This document shows, in pieces, positions 56,798 through 64,000 of a stretch of 64,000 nucleotides of DNA. Origin of the DNA: Chrysomallon squamiferum (Eukaryota; Animalia; Mollusca); contig CM022672.1 in NCBI GenBank assembly GCA_012295275.1, forward strand, positions 31,434,001-31,498,000, read 5' to 3'. Position 1 is the stretch's first letter. Each line of letters starts with the position of its first letter. Made by a program: the position numbers and the translations under genes. The notes beneath the pieces were generated by a model. That model had not been told where the DNA came from and searched no databases. It saw only the letters and a list, made by a program, of their open reading frames with translations.

Positions 56798-57027
56798 CTG
56801 TAAGGAAAGTATTCTGTATTAACATTCTTTCTGTTTGTTCATTGATATTTAATGTCTGTGTTATTATTTACCTACCCAACCACGCACACGAACACACTGA
56901 CGCACTCTTACATACGCATATATATATATATATATATATATATTTCACAACGCATATATATATTTCACAAATAATACAGGCACGCAAAAGAACATACGCA
57001 CTCACGCATACACGCACATACACTCAC

Positions 57028-57224
57028 GTACACTGACTCGCAGTGGTCATCCTCTTCCTTGTGGATACACCCCCCTTTCTCGCTGTTCCACCTCGTCCCC
57101 TCAGCGCAGGGCTTGACGAAGGTCTGACCGAAGTGACACTGGATGTACTGTGTGCAGTTGTTGCAGTCGGGGTAGTAGCCGTCGTGCTCTGACAGGCAGC
57201 TCGTGATGCACTTCTCCAGGAGCT
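57028..57224 (-). CDS. Chitin-binding protein 1, CBM14-like domain 1 (ELLEKCITSCLSEHDGYYPDCNNCTQYIQCHFGQTFVKPCAEGTRWNSEKGGCIHKEEDDHCESVY)
   Basis: Not in the ORF track in this frame; translated by hand. Acceptor tttttgcag phase 1, donor TAC|gtgagt phase 0. Confidence 0.9.
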
Positions 57225-57506
57225 CTGCAAAAATAAAATAAAAACTTCATCCTTTATATCCAAACACCTTCTTTCGTTTTCTCATCTGACTGGGAAAAAA
57301 AAAAAAAAAAAAAAAACACGTATGTTAAAAACTAAATAATAATAAAGTTTCAAATGGTCGAAACATTATTTACTTCTTTTCTTACTTCATTGTAGAATTT
57401 ATTTATTTATTTATTATTATTTTTTTAAACAAGTATTAAAGGAAGTATTTATGATTAATACGAGACATCATCGTAAACTGAGTTCATATATATTCGGTTA
57501 TAAATA

Positions 57507-57543
<37 letters not shown>

Positions 57544-57621
57544 AATAGGAACACAAGATGATTAAGCAATTACTATTTTTAGACTTTTTTCTTTCTTAGA
57601 TGGAGAGAGATAGAGAGAGAC

Positions 57622-57678
<57 letters not shown>

Positions 57679-57839
57679 GAGACAGAGAGAGATAGAGAGA
57701 GATAGAGAAAGAGATAGAGAGAGAGACAGAGAGAGACAGAGAGAGACAGAGAGTGAGAGATAGAGAGAGACAGAGAGAGACAGAGAGAGTGAGAGAGTGA
57801 GATAGAGAGAGAAAGAGAGAGAGAGAGAGACAGAGAGAC

Positions 57840-57884
<45 letters not shown>

Positions 57885-57934
57885 GAAGAGAGAGAGACAG
57901 AGAGACAGAGAGAGAGAGAGAGAGAGACAGAGAA

Positions 57935-58025
<91 letters not shown>

Positions 58026-58074
58026 GTGAGAGATAGATAGAGAGAGAGAGAGAAGAGTTAAATATTATTCTTAC

Positions 58075-58147
58075 CCTCTTGTCCACGCGCAGGACATAAT
58101 AATTCAAACAGAAGACAAATGACAAAACTGGGTAACTTCGCCATCAT
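58075..58147 (-). CDS. Chitin-binding protein 1, signal-peptide exon (MMAKLPSFVICLLFELLCPARGQE+G)
   Basis: Acceptor ttacag 1 nt before the ATG, A-R-G|Q cleavage-like site, donor GAGG|gtaaga phase 1. Total spliced CDS 954 nt (317 aa). Confidence 0.82.
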
Positions 58148-58208
58148 TCTGTAACAGAAACAGTTTGTGTTCATTCATATAACAGAAACAGTTTGTGTTT
58201 TAATACAC

Positions 58209-58239
<31 letters not shown>

Positions 58240-59608
58240 TATATACGTACATACATACATATATACGTACATACATACATATATATACGTACATACATAC
58301 ATATATACGTACATACTACATATATACATACATATACACACACACACACACACACACACGTAAAGACACATACAGAGACAGAGAGATTATAGATATGGAT
58401 ATAGGTATAGGAATAGATATAGCGATACATAACGATATGTTGTTACTATGTTCAGGATTAGATTATCTTTAAAAGTAAATTTATATATTTAAACACCGTT
58501 AGTATTCTTCCAGATAATGTTTCTACTTTCAGCCTATATTACAGTAAACATAGTATGTTTTTAAATATGTAACCAGAAAGAATCTTAAGTTTTCTTCATC
58601 GTCACCTCAGTGACTGGTTTTAGATCATTCATTTCACATTTACAGACCTGTATTTTTTCCCTCTATCAACATCACTATGTCAAAGGCGTGTGCAAAATAC
58701 TACTGCGTCTGAGTGTCCATATATTATCTATAAAACCACTTTTAAAAAAAAAAAATAATTAGAATGACGATGTTTAATTACTTGTGTCCATAAAACCGAT
58801 TCCTACAAACACCCCTGGTTTATAAAAAAAATCTTGTGAAATTTGAAAAGTTGGATTCAATTCGATTTGTGGATTTCACTTTAACTGAATCTGATTTGGG
58901 ATCCGAAACGGCGGCCATGTTAAGAAGTGAATAATTCTAAGTATGCAGCTCAGCATCAACTGACAGTCTTTCTAAATCCAGCTATATTCAGATAATTTAT
59001 TTAAGAAAAAAAAAATAATAATAACAATATATAACTTTCCACGTTCACTAAGTATAATTATTGTACTGATCTGTAAATGTTCCCCATTATCAATACCATC
59101 ATTTTTATACATAGGTCTAATAATTCCAAGTAGCCATGGTGACTGCAAATACAGTATCGTTATTCTGTAACATACATTTTAGATATTAACGATAAGATTG
59201 TTAGGTAGTGGTTAGAAAACTTGCGTAAGATATTTTACATTTGCAACAAGTTAGTGCTTTGGTTATGTTTTAAGAGCTGTGTTCGCTTTCATACAGACGT
59301 ACAGAATGGTTAATAATTATAGCAACAACAACAACAGCAATAATAATAATAATAACAACAAAAATAGTAATAACAATGATAATAATAATAATAATAACAA
59401 AACTTATAATAATAATAACAGTAATAACAATGACAACAACAACAACAACAATAATAATAAAAATACAAATAATAATAATAGTAACAATAATAATAGTAAT
59501 AATAATAACAACAAATTAATAATAATAATAACAGTAATAACAATGACAAGAAAATAATAACAATAATAATTTTAAAAAGTTAATAATAACAACTACAACA
59601 ATAATATT

Positions 59609-59658
<50 letters not shown>

Positions 59659-59842
59659 CAACAACAAGAAAAAGAAGAACATCGAAAACAGTAGAAACAG
59701 TAATAATAAAAAATACTGCTACTACTGTTACTGCTGCTAATGCTACTACTACTCCTACTACTACTATTACTACTACTAATAATAATAATAGAATGATAGA
59801 GTAATAATTAAAAAACAAAACAATCAAAGCACAGTTACTTAC

Positions 59843-59895
59843 AATCTGCTGTTCTCTCTAATGACTCATTGTTTGTAACTTTCAAACTTTATATA
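59843..59895 (-). promoter_or_regulatory. TATA box + initiator + ~20-nt non-coding first exon of chitin-binding protein 1
   Basis: On -, TATATAAAG at 59895-59887, TCATT Inr-like with its A at 59862 (~31-33 nt downstream), donor |gtaagt after 59843. The next exon begins with an acceptor, so a 5' UTR exon is required. Confidence 0.65.
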
Positions 59896-60462
59896 GAAAA
59901 TAAACAGTTAAATTACTCCATAAAACAAAATCCATTGCCTACAGCGTTTCTTTTATATTTCCCTTTTTTTGTACTTACTGAAATCGAATAGAATTTCCTA
60001 CAGTCATTTATTTTTTTATATACATTTTAAAAATATTTTCTTTGGCTGTGAAAGATTAACCCATTCGTGTGCGGTATTTGCTATTTTTAGTATTTTTAAA
60101 ATAATGTAAGTTTTTTTTTGTTTTCATGACTTCGTTATCTTTTGTGTTCATATAAATAAAAGTTGTTTTTGTTATTTGTTAAATATGATTAAAAATCTAC
60201 AAACGAGATTGTATCTAAATAACAAAAAAGGCATGTCTGTACATGTTTTTAATTTTTTTTTTTTATTTTATGTGTTTATTATTTTTTTTTATATCTTGAA
60301 AAGAAAAGGTGCAGTTAAATGTATTTAGCATATAAATAAATTATGTTTTAAAACGAAAGAATTCAGACTGCGGTGTTTTCGTTACTTGTTTTAATTTCAC
60401 CAAAAAGCTCTGAAATAATGCTAAAAATAGACATAATAATTAACTTATACTGAGCGATAGAT

Positions 60463-60567
<105 letters not shown>

Positions 60568-61334
60568 TTGGTGGTTTCTATTATTGTTATTCAGTTGTGG
60601 TTGGTATTATTATTAGTAGTAATTTGAATTTATTACATTTCAGTGCAATTTCAGTGTGCATGCGTACTTGTTTATATCTAAGGATAAAATAAATAAATAA
60701 ATAAATAAATAAACAGAACACGAATACGAATTTCTATTTTTTATTTGCTGGTTACTAATACAAAGCAGTGTTTTTCTTAAAAAGTCATAGATTAAAAAAG
60801 TAATAAACCAGTTAGTACAGTAGTAGTAAAATAATTGTTCTTAATCTCAACTGTTAATTTGACAAAGACGGGTAAACCTGTTATACATCGGAGGGGGATA
60901 GGGTTTTTCTTCATCGTCTATTATTAATAATATTACTTTTATTATTATTATTATTTCTTCTCTATAAGGATAGATGGTAGTTCTCTCTAAACGCATATTT
61001 ATTAATGTAAAAGATTTAAAGATCAACAGTGTGAAAGATAAACGATGTAGACATTATCGATATCGAGATTAACGAATAAAACTAACAAATACGATATTAA
61101 CAATTTATCGATTAACGAATAAAAAGTTAATTAATTATTTAGAGATTAAAGCGGAACAGATTAACGTCTTACGAGATTAGCAGATAAAAGATTAGAGATT
61201 AAGAACGTCCAGCTAACGAACAAAAGGTTAATAACGATTCAAAAACATTAACTAGAAAGAAATTATCTACCTTGATACTGGCAAAATAAAATGTTTATTG
61301 TTTAGAGATTAACGACAAAGAGATTATCGAGGGA

Positions 61335-61507
61335 TTAACAGCGGTAATCCTTCGAGCAGCTTTGTAACTGGTAACTGAAGAACTTCCCGGGTGGACACTT
61401 GTACAACAGCAGATTTGACGAGGAGCACATAAAAAATTCCGTGCAGTTTGGACACTTGGGATACACCCCGTCCTCCAGACCCTCACAGTTGTCATAGCAA
61501 CTCTTCA
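61335..61507 (-). CDS. Chitin-binding protein 2, terminal exon, CBM14-like domain (VKSCYDNCEGLEDGVYPKCPNCTEFFMCSSSNLLLYKCPPGKFFSYQLQSCSKDYRC*)
   Basis: Translated by hand. 8-Cys pattern, acceptor tattgcag phase 1, TAA at 61337-61335, AATAAA at 61299-61294. Confidence 0.88.
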
Positions 61508-62122
61508 CTGCAATACAAACACAGAAACAATATAGAGTCGCGTAAACGTACTCAGTCTGTAATTAAAATGAACCAGCCATTAAATTGTTTTAACAGGACT
61601 GTACGAAGCAATATTTTTAACTCATTTTTATTTTATTTTATTTTGTTTTGTTTTATTTTATTTTGTTTTATTTTGTTTTATTTTATTTTGTGTTATTTTA
61701 TTTTGTTTTATTTTGTTTTATTTTATTTTGGTTTGTTTTATTTTATTTTATTTTATTTCGTTTTATTTTATTATATTTTATTATTGTTTTTTTTTATTAT
61801 TGTATTCTATTTTATTTTATATATTTTATTTTTATTTTATTTTATTTTTTTTTATTTCATTTTATTTGTATTTATTTTTTATTATTGCATTTTATTTTAT
61901 TTTATTTCATTTTATATATTTTATTTTATTTAATTATTATTTTATTTTATTTTACTTCATTTTTTTATTATTCTATTTTATTTTATTTTATAGTTTATTT
62001 TATTTTATTTTTATTTTTTATTATTATTATATTTTATTTTATTCTTAAATATTATTTTATTTCATTATTTTATTATATTATACGTTTGTATCTCCATATG
62101 TCAGTATATAATTTTAAATTAC

Positions 62123-62327
62123 CTGCGTTACTTGTAACTGGTGCTGTAGTAGTTGGGGAGTACCTTCCAGTATCGCGGTAGTAGCTACTGGTAGTGGGGG
62201 AGTACCTTCTAGCAGTGGGGGAGTAACTTCGGGTAGGGGGTACAGCTTCTGAAGCTCGGATAAGTAATCCTTGGTGGTCCCGTCATTGTTAAAACCTTGC
62301 TGATATTTTGCTTGTGGAGGAGTATTC
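62123..62327 (-). CDS. Chitin-binding protein 2, Pro/Thr-rich linker exon (frame ambiguity at the G5 run 62236-62240)
   Basis: Acceptor atttcag|G completes TGG; donor GCAG|gtaatt; internal YSPT-like repeats. Confidence 0.7.
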
Positions 62328-62521
62328 CTGAAATAAATTATCACTGAAATAACCTATTTGTCATAAAGCAATGTACGCGTGCGTGCGTGTGTGTGTGTGT
62401 GTGTGTGTTTGTGTGTGATACAAAAAAAAGCACTTATACATTGAAAGGGACACATACAAATAGATGACGGAAAGCTACACACACACACACACATACACAC
62501 ACGTAAATACATACATACGTT

Positions 62522-62610
<89 letters not shown>

Positions 62611-62809
62611 ACGAATAGAATCATTCCTTGTAGTCTGTATCGTTAATCTATTTATGTGTCAATCTTATTAGTTGATCTCGATATAATTAATCTTCAGATT
62701 ATTAATTCTTCTTAACTTGTTAATCCAAATATAGATTATGTCTAAATCGTTTATCTTTCACTTTGTTAATCTTTCAATCATTTAACATATGTGTCTTGTG
62801 CAGACACAC

Positions 62810-63615
62810 ACACAAACACACACACAGACAGACAGACAGAAGTTGAGTGAGAGATGTGTTATATAGAGGAATGACAGACAGAAAGACGCACATACACATA
62901 GACACACAGACACACAGACACACAGACACAGAGACACACACACAGACAGACAGAAGTTGAGTGAGAGATGTGTTATACAGAGAAATGACAGACACACAGA
63001 CACAGAGACACACACACAGACAGACAGAAGTTGAGTGAGAGATGTGTTATACAGAGAAATGACAGACACAAAGACACACAGACACAGAGACACACAGACA
63101 GACAGGCAGAAGTTGAGTGAGAGATGTGTTATACAGAGAAACAACAGACACACAGACACAGAGACACACAGACACACAGACATAAGTTGAGTGAGAGATC
63201 TGTTATACAGAGAAATGACAGACACAAAGACACACAGACACACAGACACAGAGACACACATACAGACAGGCAGAAGTTGAGTGAGAGATGTGTTATACAG
63301 AGAAACGACAGACACACAGAGACACAGAGACAGACAGACAGACATAAGTTGAGTGAGAGATGTGTTATACAGAGAAACAACAGACACACAGACACAGAGA
63401 CACACAGACAGACAGACAGACATAAGTTGAGTGAGAGATGTGTTATACAGAGAAACAACAGACACACAGACACAGAGACACACATACACACATACACAGA
63501 CAGAAGTTGAGGGGATGTGTTATACAGAGAAACGACAGACACACAGAGAGAGACACTCAGACACACAGACACACAGACAAAATGACACAAAGACACACAG
63601 ACAGACACACAGACA
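62810..63615. repeat. ~60-bp minisatellite with core cagaagttgagtgagagatgtgttatacagagaa and (CA/GA) spacers, ~11-12 copies
   Basis: Directly visible in the intron of chitin-binding protein 2. Confidence 0.9.
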
Positions 63616-63620
63616 CGAAC

Positions 63621-63816
63621 CAGCAGGGGATGCTGTCGTCTGCGTAATTGCACATCTTCGAGACTGGGTCCCAGCGAGCCGACTCGGGACACGTCGTGCG
63701 AAAACCTCGGCCGCGGAAACAGCGCACGTAGCTGACGCAGTCGTAGCAGTAGGGGTATTTGTCGTCGAGCCGGACCGCGCATTCAGCCACGCTGACCACG
63801 CAGTCGTCCGGGGCCA
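63621..63816 (-). CDS. Chitin-binding protein 2, CBM14-like domain exon (APDDCVVSVAECAVRLDDKYPYCYDCVSYVRCFRGRGFRTTCPESARWDPVSKMCNYADDSIPCW); 5' end lies outside the window
   Basis: 8-Cys pattern, acceptor atttcag phase 1, donor TG|gttcgt phase 2. Confidence 0.85.
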
Positions 63817-64000
63817 CTGAAATTTAGTCAGAGTTACCATAGAAACAGTGAAATTTAGTCATTCTAAACATAGAAACAGTGAAATTTCGAAATAAAACAA
63901 CAACAACAAAAAAAAAAAACTACAAAAACAGCTACAATTATAGATACTATTGGATACTGCTATAAATACTACTGGATACTACTGGATACTACTATAGATA

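Overview
AT-rich, microsatellite-dense animal genomic DNA. It looks invertebrate and probably molluscan, inferred from the 8-cysteine chitin-binding domains; the species cannot be determined from the sequence. Almost all ORFs in the supplied track are simple-repeat artefacts. Manual splicing with intron-phase checks gives five genes. (1) A complete Lhx3/4 (Lim3) LIM-homeobox gene on + with two alternative phase-1 first coding exons (13199-13307 or 18213-18264) joined to 30984-31158, 37787-37998, 39072-39395 and 40185-40543 (392 or 373 aa), inside a ~40 kb landscape of GC-richer non-coding islands. (2) A 110-aa secreted helical orphan on - (48985-48905, 46799-46548). (3) Head-to-head with it, a secreted orphan on + (50550-50618, 50937-51035, 51816-52618) with eight tandem GD(T/V)(V/D)TEKR-type repeats, giving 8 KR sites and 7 RGD motifs behind an apparent 1-nt homopolymer frameshift. 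(4) A complete 317-aa peritrophin/mucin-like protein on - with three 8-Cys chitin-binding (CBM14-like) domains and two microexons (58147-53227). (5) The 3' part of a tandem paralog on - (63816-61335). Also present: a TA-flanked 332-bp MITE, several minisatellites and many short local direct or inverted duplications.
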